From: Candidatus Micrarchaeota archaeon | Lineage (GTDB): Archaea; Micrarchaeota; Micrarchaeia; Anstonellales; Bilamarchaeaceae | Length of the DNA stretch: 51,146 bases | NCBI GenBank assembly: GCA_030613375.1 | Contig: JAUWMC010000002.1 | Span: 1 to 51,146, forward strand | Direction: 5' to 3' | In this document: piece by piece, positions 7,098 to 15,228 of the stretch | Numbering within the stretch: position 1 is the stretch's first letter | Layout: the number at the start of each line of letters is the position of its first letter | Notes under the pieces: model-generated | Told to the model about the DNA's origin: nothing | The model's database searches: none | What the model saw: only the letters and a program-made list of their open reading frames with translations | Program-made: the position numbers and the translations under genes

Positions 7098-8384
7098 ATG
7101 AAGTCTTTTCGTGATTTTGTAGCTGAATTAAAGAAGAATGGCGAGCTAAAACAGATTGAGCCCTCCATGAAGAAATACCTTGAGATGGCAGGGGTGTTCA
7201 GTGCGTTCCAGCCCACGCCGGTTATGGGGCATGCGGAAGAATCTAGTATTCGGTGTGTTTCAAACATTTTTGCAACTAAGGAGAAGGTTGCGGAGTATTT
7301 AGGGTGTGAGGTTTCAAAGATTAGGGAAAAAATGGTAAATGCAATAAATAATCCTTCTGCCCCTGCAAAGGCAAATACTGGCCCGGTGCTTGAAAAAACA
7401 ATGTCTTCTTTGGATGAGATTCCAGTTCCTACCCATACTGACAAGGATGGAGGGCCGTATATCTGCTCAGGAATAGTTATTGCAAAAGACCCTGAGCTTG
7501 GGCAAAACTGCTCATTCCACAGGATGATGGTTATTGATGGGGAGAGGCTGGTTTTGAGGATTTTAGAGAGGCACCTGCATCAGTTTATTGAAAGGGCGGG
7601 GGGAAGATTAGATGTTGCAGTAATAATTGGGGCTCCAATTAATGTGCTTCTTGCTTCAGCTATTTCTTCTAAATTAGGGCAGAATGAATTGGAAATTGCA
7701 AATACTCTAATGCCTTTTGAAACTGTAGAATTAATGAATGGAATAGAAATTCCAAAGGACGTGGAATTTGCATTTGTTGGAACAATAGATTCCAGTGAAC
7801 TTGCAGATGAAGGCCCGTTTGTGGATTTAACTAATACTTATGATATTGTAAGGAAGCAGCCTGTGATGCAGGTAAAGAAGATATATCATAGGGAAAACCC
7901 GATATTCCATGCACTGCTTCCAGGGGGAATGGAGCATAAAATCCTTATGGGAATGCCGAGGGAGCCCACAATTTTCAATGAAGTAAATAAAGTTGCAGAA
8001 TGCACTGGAGTAAATATTACTCCTGGGGGGTGCTCATGGCTGCATGCAGTAGTTTCAATTAATAAGAAATCTGAAGAAGATGGAAAAAAGGCGATTGAAG
8101 CTGCATTTGCAGGGCACAAATCATTAAAAAAAGTAATTGTTGTGGATTCTGAAATTGATGTGAATAATCCAGATGAAGTGGAGTGGGCACTTGCTACAAG
8201 GTTCCAGGCTTCAAAGGATTTAGTTGTAAAGGAGAATGAGCATGGCTCTTCCCTGGACCCTTCTGCTGAACCAGGGGAGAAGGCAAGCATTACTGCAAAA
8301 ATGGGCCTTGATGCAACAAAACCTCTTGAAGGAGAGCACTTTGAAAGGGTGAAATTCCTTGAAGTAAACAAGGAGGATTACTGA
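7098..8384 (+). CDS. UbiD-family prenyl-FMN-dependent decarboxylase; candidate anhydromevalonate phosphate decarboxylase
   Basis: The product has the UbiD fold pattern at about 428 aa. The start is placed at MKSFRDFVAELKK (ATG 7098, 30 nt after the TATA block at 7068); the ORF track start of 7050 is less likely. UbiX, IPK and AcnX genes sit in the same neighbourhood. Confidence 0.82.
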   Translation: MKSFRDFVAELKKNGELKQIEPSMKKYLEMAGVFSAFQPTPVMGHAEESSIRCVSNIFATKEKVAEYLGCEVSKIREKMVNAINNPSAPAKANTGPVLEKTMSSLDEIPVPTHTDKDGGPYICSGIVIAKDPELGQNCSFHRMMVIDGERLVLRILERHLHQFIERAGGRLDVAVIIGAPINVLLASAISSKLGQNELEIANTLMPFETVELMNGIEIPKDVEFAFVGTIDSSELADEGPFVDLTNTYDIVRKQPVMQVKKIYHRENPIFHALLPGGMEHKILMGMPREPTIFNEVNKVAECTGVNITPGGCSWLHAVVSINKKSEEDGKKAIEAAFAGHKSLKKVIVVDSEIDVNNPDEVEWALATRFQASKDLVVKENEHGSSLDPSAEPGEKASITAKMGLDATKPLEGEHFERVKFLEVNKEDY

Positions 8385-8729
8385 ATGATTGAATCTTATG
8401 AATTTGGAAAGATTGTGATTGGTGGGAAAGAATATACTAACGATGTAATTATAGTTAAGGGAAAAGTTTACCCAAACTGGTTTAGGGCGGAGGGGCATTT
8501 TTTATCTAAAGAGGATTTAGGGCCGATTTTGGAAGGGGGAATACATACTTTGCTTATTGGAACAGGATATAACTGTGTTATGCGTGTGGGAGAGGATGTG
8601 CGGAAGTATTGCAGGGAAAAGAAAATTGAATTAATTGAGCTTGGAAGTAGGGAGATTGTGGATAAGTATAATGAGTTTGAGCATAAAGACCTGAGCGGGG
8701 TTGCTTTGGGAATACATTTGACCTGTTAG
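8385..8729 (+). CDS. Mth938-like (DUF498) domain protein
   Basis: 114 aa. The pattern F-G-x-I-x-I-x-G..Y..DVII....V..W......H.L...DL..IL......LLIGTG resembles the MTH938 family. The ATG follows directly after the TGA stop of the UbiD-like gene (cTGAATG). Confidence 0.65.
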   Translation: MIESYEFGKIVIGGKEYTNDVIIVKGKVYPNWFRAEGHFLSKEDLGPILEGGIHTLLIGTGYNCVMRVGEDVRKYCREKKIELIELGSREIVDKYNEFEHKDLSGVALGIHLTC

Positions 8730-11704
8730 TTCATTATTGATTCGAGCATTGGTTCTCCACTGGAGAAGGTTTTTTCAGTTGTTGCTTTTTCTCTTAGGGA
8801 CTGGATGATTCTTCCTTTTAGATACTCTACGTGCTCAGGAAAGAGGTTCATTTTCTCAGCAATTTCCTGAGTGGAGTATTCCGTCCCATTTAATCCAATC
8901 CAGAATTCTGCAATTTTGCGCATCCTGTGTGGAAAAGATTTAATCTGTTGCTTATGCTGGATGGCAAGCATTTTCCCGTCAGTTTCCAGGTCAAATTTTA
9001 AGGTGGGTGCTGCCTTGAGGAACTGGAATGCATCTTCAATAAGGTGTTTCGTAGCAGTAATGCTTTCTATTTCCAGAATTTCCCGTACTTCAGAAAGAGT
9101 GTGGGGCCTCCAATTAGCCATGCCGAGCTTAGCCCTAACTATCAATTCTGCCCTTGGCTCTACGCCTGAAAAGATTCCTGGGGCATCTCCAACAACAAGC
9201 CATTGCCCTGAGCCCAGCCTTGAGTCTCTTCTGGTTTTTTCCGCAATTAATTTAATAATCGCATTTTGCTTTCTCTGGAAAATTGCAGTTTTACATATAT
9301 GGATTCCCTGCTCTGAAAGCGGCCCTATCATTTCACTGCGGGTGTGCATTTTTTTTCCTGCCAATCCGAAAGCCATAGAAACAATTTCCCATTCTGCCTT
9401 GTTTAGTGCATCCATTAACTGAGGGTTTCCTTCAACCATCGCCCCAATTGGGTCTGGAAACCTTTTTTTAGTTTCATTTTCAATAACGGCAGCAACTACT
9501 TTCCACATCGCTTGATCCAAAATCTGCCTTGTTCTGGAAAAGCTTGATATGCCCATAGTGCACTGTAGTTTAGTAAGAGAATGTTTGGTGTTTCCACCCA
9601 AACCAAAATATAATTCAAGTGCACGCCTTTTTTCTGATGGGAGTGTCCTGAGTTCCTCGGAATGCTGAAGCAGGTATCCTGGAGCCCCCAACCTGCTTTT
9701 TTTAATGAGTTGAGAAACTGATTCCATCTCAAGTAAGTGGAGCCTGGCTCGTTTGAGTTTCATCAGTTTTGCTGTAGTGCGTTGGCCATGTGCATTCTCT
9801 CCATCCAGCCCAAAGCGCAGAACCAATACTCTTTGTTGCAATGGAGTTAGAGATGCAAAACTATCTTCATTCTCCGCTACAAACTCAGAAAAATAAGAGA
9901 AATTGCCAGATTGCACATTATTTCCGCTATGAACTTTTGTAAAGAGAGAAATTATTCCTCTTTGCACTAACTGTTTTGCAGTAAAGTTTCCACTCAAACC
10001 CATTTCTTCTGAAACATCGTCATATGAATGTACTCTGGTTCCAATTCCAAACCTGAGCTCCAATGCCTCTTTTTCAATAGGTTTCAATTCAGGCAGAAGG
10101 TGGAAGTTATCATAAACGAACTTCATTAAGGCAGGATCCATCTTAATCCAATTGCCAATGAGAGGAAAGTAATGTGTGTCCATAATCTTTTCCAGAGACT
10201 TGCCAACTTTGACTTTAGCTGATGAATCCAATTTTGGGCATCCTTTGCCTGCCTGTTCAAAATGAAATGTTTTCTCAAGAAATGCTGCATCCAGATATTT
10301 TAAACGGTGCGGAAAATGTGCTCTGTGTTTCTTAAAAAAATCCCGGAGCGTACCATTATTTCCACCCGTGAAAACTTTATTTGCCAACTCAAATAGTGCG
10401 GTGCCTTCCAACTGCCGAATCCTCTCTACGCTCACTGGTGTTTTGCCTCTGTTGATAGCTTGCGCGATTTCTCCCAGGGTATGCATTCTTCCATCTAAAA
10501 ACCCAAAACGCAGTTGCAAAACATTTCTGTGTGTCTCTTTAAGAGAAAGAAGCTTAGGATAATGTGCTATTAGGAAATTCCTCACGCCTCGGTTTAGAAA
10601 CACCCGAACTCCTTTTCCCAGTTGAGTATCCGAAGCAGCATCAAAAGCTTTTTTGAAAACACTTTCAAGCAGGTACTCATGCATCCCAGTAATAGTTGCA
10701 ATCTCATCCATACGATGTGGCCTACTGATTCCCACTCCAAAATGGAGTCTAAGGGCAAGTTCCTTATCCCAATCCATTAAATGGAAGAAACGTTCATTTT
10801 CCTCAACAAACAATCTGTTTTTCCGATCTAATTTATGTGTTTCTCCCAGGTTTTTATCTTCTCTGTTAAGGAGCAGGGAAAGACTGGCAATTGCAGCCTG
10901 ATAATGCACCCTCATTTTGGAGGAGTCCATTCCATTAATCCTTTTTCTTGCACCTGAAACATCATCTCCAACTCCAAAACTGACTGCAATGGCATCCCTT
11001 TCTCTACCAGGCAAAAGAGAAATCGCCTCTGCAAGTTTTTTCTTCATATCCCCAGCTAAGGCCTGTTCTTCTGGAAGCGGAGATACAGAGCACCACTCAG
11101 CAATAAAATCAAGTTCGGTGGTGCCTGTGCGCTTTTCTACGGGCTCATTTGGTTTTGTTGAGTAAATAAGTTCCTGCCTTTCTGCACCTCGCACTGAACT
11201 AGTCCAGAGTAACATGGCATCCTGGACAGATTTGGCCTTTTCAATGGATATCTCTTTGGTTCTTGCAAACGTTTCCAGAGTCATTTCTGGATTTTTCTGC
11301 ATTTCTGCACGATATGCCGAAATATCAGATACACTTGCCAGTGAAAATGATACGCTCCTGAGTGTGCGCTCCATCTCAGGTTTCCATCTTCTAAGGTTCA
11401 ACATTGCATATGCTTCAAAAACAGGGTTTGTTTTGGGTTTCCAGGTGTGTGCAGCAGAAAGAAGCAGTAAAAATCCTGCATTGGCAAAATCAGGGGCAAT
11501 TACATAATTTCTGCTAAGAACTCTCCATTTTGGAGGCGTCTCAGAAAGAGAATTCATATGAACAATAGACCCTGGAACTCTTCCAAGCTTGTTTGCCCGA
11601 AATGCCCTGTGCAGGAGATAGGTATATTTCTCTGCAATTTTAGCGGGGTCTGCCTTGAGGGGTTTGCATAAGATGCGTGCCTGCTTTGAAGCTGCTTCAG
11701 CCAT
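8726..11704 (-). CDS. sigma-70-like protein with divergent region 2, a region 3-like HTH and nine tandem region 4-like HTH units
   Basis: 992-aa ORF with GGAGG 8 nt upstream of the ATG. DFANAGFLLLLSAAHTWKPKTNPVFEAYAMLNLRR aligns without gaps to the sigma region 2.1-2.3 core. LLPGRERDAIAVSFGVG and VLQLRFGFLDGRMHTLGEIAQAI..VSVERIRQLEGTAL are r4-type units. Confidence 0.8.
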   Translation of the reverse strand: MAEAASKQARILCKPLKADPAKIAEKYTYLLHRAFRANKLGRVPGSIVHMNSLSETPPKWRVLSRNYVIAPDFANAGFLLLLSAAHTWKPKTNPVFEAYAMLNLRRWKPEMERTLRSVSFSLASVSDISAYRAEMQKNPEMTLETFARTKEISIEKAKSVQDAMLLWTSSVRGAERQELIYSTKPNEPVEKRTGTTELDFIAEWCSVSPLPEEQALAGDMKKKLAEAISLLPGRERDAIAVSFGVGDDVSGARKRINGMDSSKMRVHYQAAIASLSLLLNREDKNLGETHKLDRKNRLFVEENERFFHLMDWDKELALRLHFGVGISRPHRMDEIATITGMHEYLLESVFKKAFDAASDTQLGKGVRVFLNRGVRNFLIAHYPKLLSLKETHRNVLQLRFGFLDGRMHTLGEIAQAINRGKTPVSVERIRQLEGTALFELANKVFTGGNNGTLRDFFKKHRAHFPHRLKYLDAAFLEKTFHFEQAGKGCPKLDSSAKVKVGKSLEKIMDTHYFPLIGNWIKMDPALMKFVYDNFHLLPELKPIEKEALELRFGIGTRVHSYDDVSEEMGLSGNFTAKQLVQRGIISLFTKVHSGNNVQSGNFSYFSEFVAENEDSFASLTPLQQRVLVLRFGLDGENAHGQRTTAKLMKLKRARLHLLEMESVSQLIKKSRLGAPGYLLQHSEELRTLPSEKRRALELYFGLGGNTKHSLTKLQCTMGISSFSRTRQILDQAMWKVVAAVIENETKKRFPDPIGAMVEGNPQLMDALNKAEWEIVSMAFGLAGKKMHTRSEMIGPLSEQGIHICKTAIFQRKQNAIIKLIAEKTRRDSRLGSGQWLVVGDAPGIFSGVEPRAELIVRAKLGMANWRPHTLSEVREILEIESITATKHLIEDAFQFLKAAPTLKFDLETDGKMLAIQHKQQIKSFPHRMRKIAEFWIGLNGTEYSTQEIAEKMNLFPEHVEYLKGRIIQSLREKATTEKTFSSGEPMLESIMN
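8786..11020 (-). repeat. protein-level tandem array of nine sigma region-4-like units (aa 229-973 of the 992-aa ORF)
   Basis: Unit cores are AIAVSFGVG, LALRLHFGVG, VLQLRFGFLDG, ALELRFGIG, VLVLRFGLDG, ALELYFGLGG, IVSMAFGLAG, LIVRAKLGMA and IAEFWIGLNG. Each is followed by a helix-turn-helix-like stretch. The period is about 75-150 aa. Confidence 0.7.
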
Positions 11705-11839
11705 AAACTAGCCTCCAGTTAAGCATAGGTCCAATTAAACACCTCAAAATACCGGTTTGCATAAAGTAATATAATGTGCCACAACACATATAAACACTAC
11801 AAAATACTATAAAATAACGTACATCCAACCTGTTGAGGC

Positions 11840-12946
11840 TTAAGCCACCTTGGACTCAGCAGTAGTTATCTTGAAACTAGCATCACGCTCCCAGCGATTC
11901 AACACTGAAAGAGGAATTCCCAATAGCGTAAAGAGGCCTCTCCTTTTGACTTCAGAATATAAAAGCAACGAGGTTCTGCGAATTTCTTCCGGTGTGCCCA
12001 GATCATCCCTCCGCATAAGAGTACTGCTCAATTCAACTATCTTACGGTCTGAGAGAAGAGATGCATTCTGCCTTGAAATGATTTTTAGCTTAGTAAATAT
12101 CTTTGGGTTTTTTACGCGCCTTCGCGCAATCGCATCAAATAGATGTTTATTCTGAAGTTTTAGTTCTGCCAATGAGATTAATCTGTTCTCGGCACAATAT
12201 GCATTCACTGCGAAAATAAACTCCCCATACCTAAGAGATCCCCACTCTGTATTCTTACGCACTTCAATATCTTCCCATATGTTAGGGAACCTCTTTCTTC
12301 TTCTCAGAACCGCATTGTACATCTTGGGATTGTTCTCGGCTAAATCCGAAGCATTGGCAAGTCCGTTAACTTCGCAATGGGCATTTACCAGGACGATAAA
12401 CTCCCTATATTTCATCTTGCTCCATGGAACAATTGTAAGGGGCAATCCGACATCATCGATAATCTCCCTTTCGTAAAGTTCAACAGTTATTACTCTCCCT
12501 CCTGGGGCAGCCTCAAGGCCCTTACGCGTAGTTATCTTATTGGCGGCTATGAATTCTTTCGCATATTCTATTACGGCTTTATCCCCCATGGATGCCCAAT
12601 CAATTCCTATGGAGTCCAAGCTGACTGACTCCAGCAAGCCTCTTCTTATTAATCTGCCATGAAGGCCACTGTGCTGGAGCTTTAATGCAGTTCTGCTCCT
12701 AATTCCCTGCGCAGCAATAACCTGCTTTGCAGCAAGAATTAGCTCGGGATCAGTTAATTTGTTCCACTCAAGCCTCCGCTTTTTGTTCTTGCATATTGCA
12801 ACAGGTACAAAAAAAGGCAGCTTTGAATCTGAAAACAGGGGAAGTTTTCCATTAAATCCTTGTTTCCCTTTGAGTAGTATAAGTCCTGGTTTTTGCATCG
12901 CGCGCACTTTGTGGGCGTATGATGTTCTGTGAATAACCGTGTCCAT
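11840..12946 (-). CDS. repeat protein built of five ~50-aa helical (HTH-like) modules; reminiscent of homing-endonuclease-associated repeats
   Basis: 368-aa ORF with five modules: WNKLTDPELILAAKQVIAAQGIRSRTALKLQHSGLHGRLIRRGLL; WASMGDKAVIEYAKEFIAANKITTRKGL; WSKMKYREFIVLVNAHCEVNGLANASDLAENNPKMYNAVLRRRKRF; WGSLRYGEFIFAVNAYCAENRLISLAELKLQNKHLFDAIARRRVKN; and LSDRKIVELSSTLMRRDDLGTPEEIRRTSLLLYSEVKRRGLF. A TATA-like box lies about 30 nt upstream. Confidence 0.7.
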   Translation of the reverse strand: MDTVIHRTSYAHKVRAMQKPGLILLKGKQGFNGKLPLFSDSKLPFFVPVAICKNKKRRLEWNKLTDPELILAAKQVIAAQGIRSRTALKLQHSGLHGRLIRRGLLESVSLDSIGIDWASMGDKAVIEYAKEFIAANKITTRKGLEAAPGGRVITVELYEREIIDDVGLPLTIVPWSKMKYREFIVLVNAHCEVNGLANASDLAENNPKMYNAVLRRRKRFPNIWEDIEVRKNTEWGSLRYGEFIFAVNAYCAENRLISLAELKLQNKHLFDAIARRRVKNPKIFTKLKIISRQNASLLSDRKIVELSSTLMRRDDLGTPEEIRRTSLLLYSEVKRRGLFTLLGIPLSVLNRWERDASFKITTAESKVA

Positions 12947-13088
12947 TAGTAGTTATTTGGTGAGATAAAGTTTAAAAAATGCCACACTTCGTTTTATTTG
13001 CCGGGCACCTCCCAATTTGATGATTGTGGAACTTCCCACAAATACCTATTTAAATGTAAAAAGCCCTCATGGATGCAGGTGAATTTGC

Positions 13089-14258
13089 TTGGAACTGAGT
13101 AAACGCGAGCAAGCAATGCTTCACGGAAAAGAAGGTGAAGCAAAGCAAAAAGCAATGGAAATACTTGTTGCACTCGGAAGAATTTATGGCGCTTCCCGCA
13201 TGATTCGGATTAGCTCTGCACAGATTGCAGGAGTTTCATACAAGACTATTGGAGATGCGGGGCTTGAATACCTAAGACATATGGCTGCGCTTGGGGGGAG
13301 GGTGGAAATCCCCTCATTTTTGAATCCTGCTGGAATGGATACTGAACAATGGGAAGCAATGGGAGTTCCGGAAGATTTTGCAAAGAAGCAGATTGAAGTG
13401 CTGGATGCATATGCAACAATGGGAATACGGACTACCTGTACTTGTACCCCATACCTGATTGGGATTCGGCCTAAGGAAGGGGAACATATTGCATGGAGCG
13501 AAAGCTCTGCGGTTTCTTTTGCGAATTCGGTTCTTGGGGCGCGCACAAACAGAGAAGGCGGGCCTTCTGCATTGTGCGCTGCACTTTGCGGGGTTACTCC
13601 TATGTATGGGCTGCACCTTAAGGAAAATAGGGTTGCTAATTTGCTTGTGCATGTAGATGCGAATTTGGAGAATAAAACAGATTACAGCATTGTGGGACTT
13701 CTTGTAGGGAAGAAGGTAAAAAAGGGGATTCCTGCATTCAAAGGAATTAAACCAAATGAGACTCAAATGAAGTATATGGGAGCTGCAATGGCGGCTTCAG
13801 GCTCTGTTGCGCTTTATTTTGTAGAAGGAGTTACTTCAGAATGGAATGTTTCGCCTGATGCGGAAAAGATTACTATTACTCAGAAAGAGATGGACGAGCT
13901 TAAAGCAAAGATAAATGATGCGGATTCTGCAGATTTGATTACTACTGGATGCCCGCACGCATCCATTTCAGAATTAGAGGAGATTGCAGAAATGCTTGAA
14001 AAAAAACCTGTGAAGAAACCGTTTTGGATTTGCCTGAGCAGGAACATAAAGGATGAAGCGGTAAAAAGCGGTCTTGCTGCACGGATTGAGAAGAATGGGG
14101 GAACACTAGTTGCAGATACCTGCATGGTTGTTGCGCCCCTGGAACGCATGGGCTTCAAATCCCCTGCAATTGATTCCGGGAAAGCAACCGTGTATCTTCC
14201 TACAATGTGCCGGCAAAAAGTGCTCTTTGGAAGACTGGAGGAGATTTTATGGAAATAA
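13089..14258 (+). CDS. aconitase X catalytic (large) subunit, DUF521; candidate phosphomevalonate dehydratase large subunit
   Basis: TTG start. The N-terminus ELSKREQAMLHGKEGEAKQKAMEILV...ISSAQIAGVSY matches the AcnX/DUF521 pattern. Length is 389 aa. Confidence 0.82.
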   Translation: MELSKREQAMLHGKEGEAKQKAMEILVALGRIYGASRMIRISSAQIAGVSYKTIGDAGLEYLRHMAALGGRVEIPSFLNPAGMDTEQWEAMGVPEDFAKKQIEVLDAYATMGIRTTCTCTPYLIGIRPKEGEHIAWSESSAVSFANSVLGARTNREGGPSALCAALCGVTPMYGLHLKENRVANLLVHVDANLENKTDYSIVGLLVGKKVKKGIPAFKGIKPNETQMKYMGAAMAASGSVALYFVEGVTSEWNVSPDAEKITITQKEMDELKAKINDADSADLITTGCPHASISELEEIAEMLEKKPVKKPFWICLSRNIKDEAVKSGLAARIEKNGGTLVADTCMVVAPLERMGFKSPAIDSGKATVYLPTMCRQKVLFGRLEEILWK

Positions 14259-14325
14259 CAAAGCAGCAAAAAACCCATGTAATACTTCATATATCGGGGG
14301 GAATCAGGAGGAACCTCAAACTGAA

Positions 14326-14340
14326 GGGGGGTGTCCCCCC
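14326..14340 (+). other. G6-TGT-C6 perfect hairpin in the spacer between the two AcnX subunit genes
   Basis: The sequence GGGGGGTGTCCCCCC is read directly at 14326..14340. Confidence 0.6.
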
Positions 14341-14361
14341 TGCGGTTCGGGAGGAGATATT

Positions 14362-14757
14362 ATGGAAATAAGTGCACGCATAATTTCCAAAGGAAAAGCT
14401 GTGGGAAAGGCGATGGTTAGCGCGGAACCGATTTCCTTCCTGGGAAGCGTGGACCCAAAAACAGGAATTGTTTTGGAAAAGGGGCATCCTCTTGAAGGGA
14501 AATCAGTTGCAGACAAGATTCTTGTATTTCCGCACGGGAAGGGATCCACCGTAGGGAGCTACGTGATGCTTGGAATGAAGAAGAATGGGGTTGCTCCTGC
14601 AGCTATTGTAAATTTGGAGGCGGAAACAATTATTGCCGTGGGCGCAATTATTTCGGAAATTCCAATGGTGGATAAGCCCGAGGGGGATGTGCTGGAACTT
14701 TTGAAGAATGGGATGGAGGTAACAGTTGATGCTGAGAAGGGGAAAATATCATGGTAA
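14362..14757 (+). CDS. aconitase X swivel (small) subunit, DUF126; candidate phosphomevalonate dehydratase small subunit
   Basis: 131 aa starting from MEISARIISKGKAVGKAMVS..ISFLGSVDPKTG...GKSVADKILVFPHGKGSTVGSY. GGAGG lies 7 nt upstream of ATG 14362. The ORF track start of 14110 overlaps the large subunit and is rejected. Confidence 0.8.
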   Translation: MEISARIISKGKAVGKAMVSAEPISFLGSVDPKTGIVLEKGHPLEGKSVADKILVFPHGKGSTVGSYVMLGMKKNGVAPAAIVNLEAETIIAVGAIISEIPMVDKPEGDVLELLKNGMEVTVDAEKGKISW

Positions 14758-15197
14758 TGACTTACCATAAGGGAGCTCGTGCAGAAAGAGAACTAATCAA
14801 GTATTTTTCTGAGCGCGGATTTATGGTTATACGGGGAGCTGGAAGCGGAACTTCGGGATTGAGCCCGGATGTGCTCGTGTTCAAAGGGCCGAAACAATAT
14901 GTAATTGAGGCAAAGTCAATTGAGTCAGAACACCTATCTTTGGATAGGGGCCAGTTTGAGAACCTGAAGCAATGGTATGAGACCACCAATATGGAAACAT
15001 ATGTTGCATGGAGGAGAAAAAAGGAGAAAGTAGAGAAGGGAGATGATTCTGCAGAAGCCTGGAAGAAAAAGGGGGTGGGGATGCAGTACAGATGGTTGTT
15101 CATCTCAATTGCATTCTTCAAGGAGAATCCAAAATCTTATTCTATTTCTTGGGAAAAGGCGAAAAAATACGGAAAGGATTTGGGAGAGCTTGTTTAG
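14751..15197 (+). CDS. hjc: Holliday junction resolvase Hjc with a C-terminal extension
   Basis: KGARAERELIKYFSERGFMVIRGAGSG...SPDVLVFKG..YVIEAKS matches the archaeal Hjc (PD-(D/E)xK) pattern. About 50 extra C-terminal residues follow. Confidence 0.78.
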   Translation: MVMTYHKGARAERELIKYFSERGFMVIRGAGSGTSGLSPDVLVFKGPKQYVIEAKSIESEHLSLDRGQFENLKQWYETTNMETYVAWRRKKEKVEKGDDSAEAWKKKGVGMQYRWLFISIAFFKENPKSYSISWEKAKKYGKDLGELV

Positions 15198-15228
15198 GTT
15201 TTTTATAGTTTAGTGGAGAAAATAAACT

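Noticed and set aside
8726-8729. Overlapping convergent stop codons (TTAG at 8726..8729 and 15750..15753, CTAG at 31438..31441, and a 2-nt gap at 4476/4479)
   Set aside because: These are real, but they reflect genome compaction rather than a distinct functional element. They are noted only as context.
14110-14361. Upstream extension of the AcnX small subunit ORF
   Set aside because: It overlaps the last 150 nt of the large subunit gene in another frame. DUF126 proteins are about 130 aa, and a GGAGG precedes ATG 14362.
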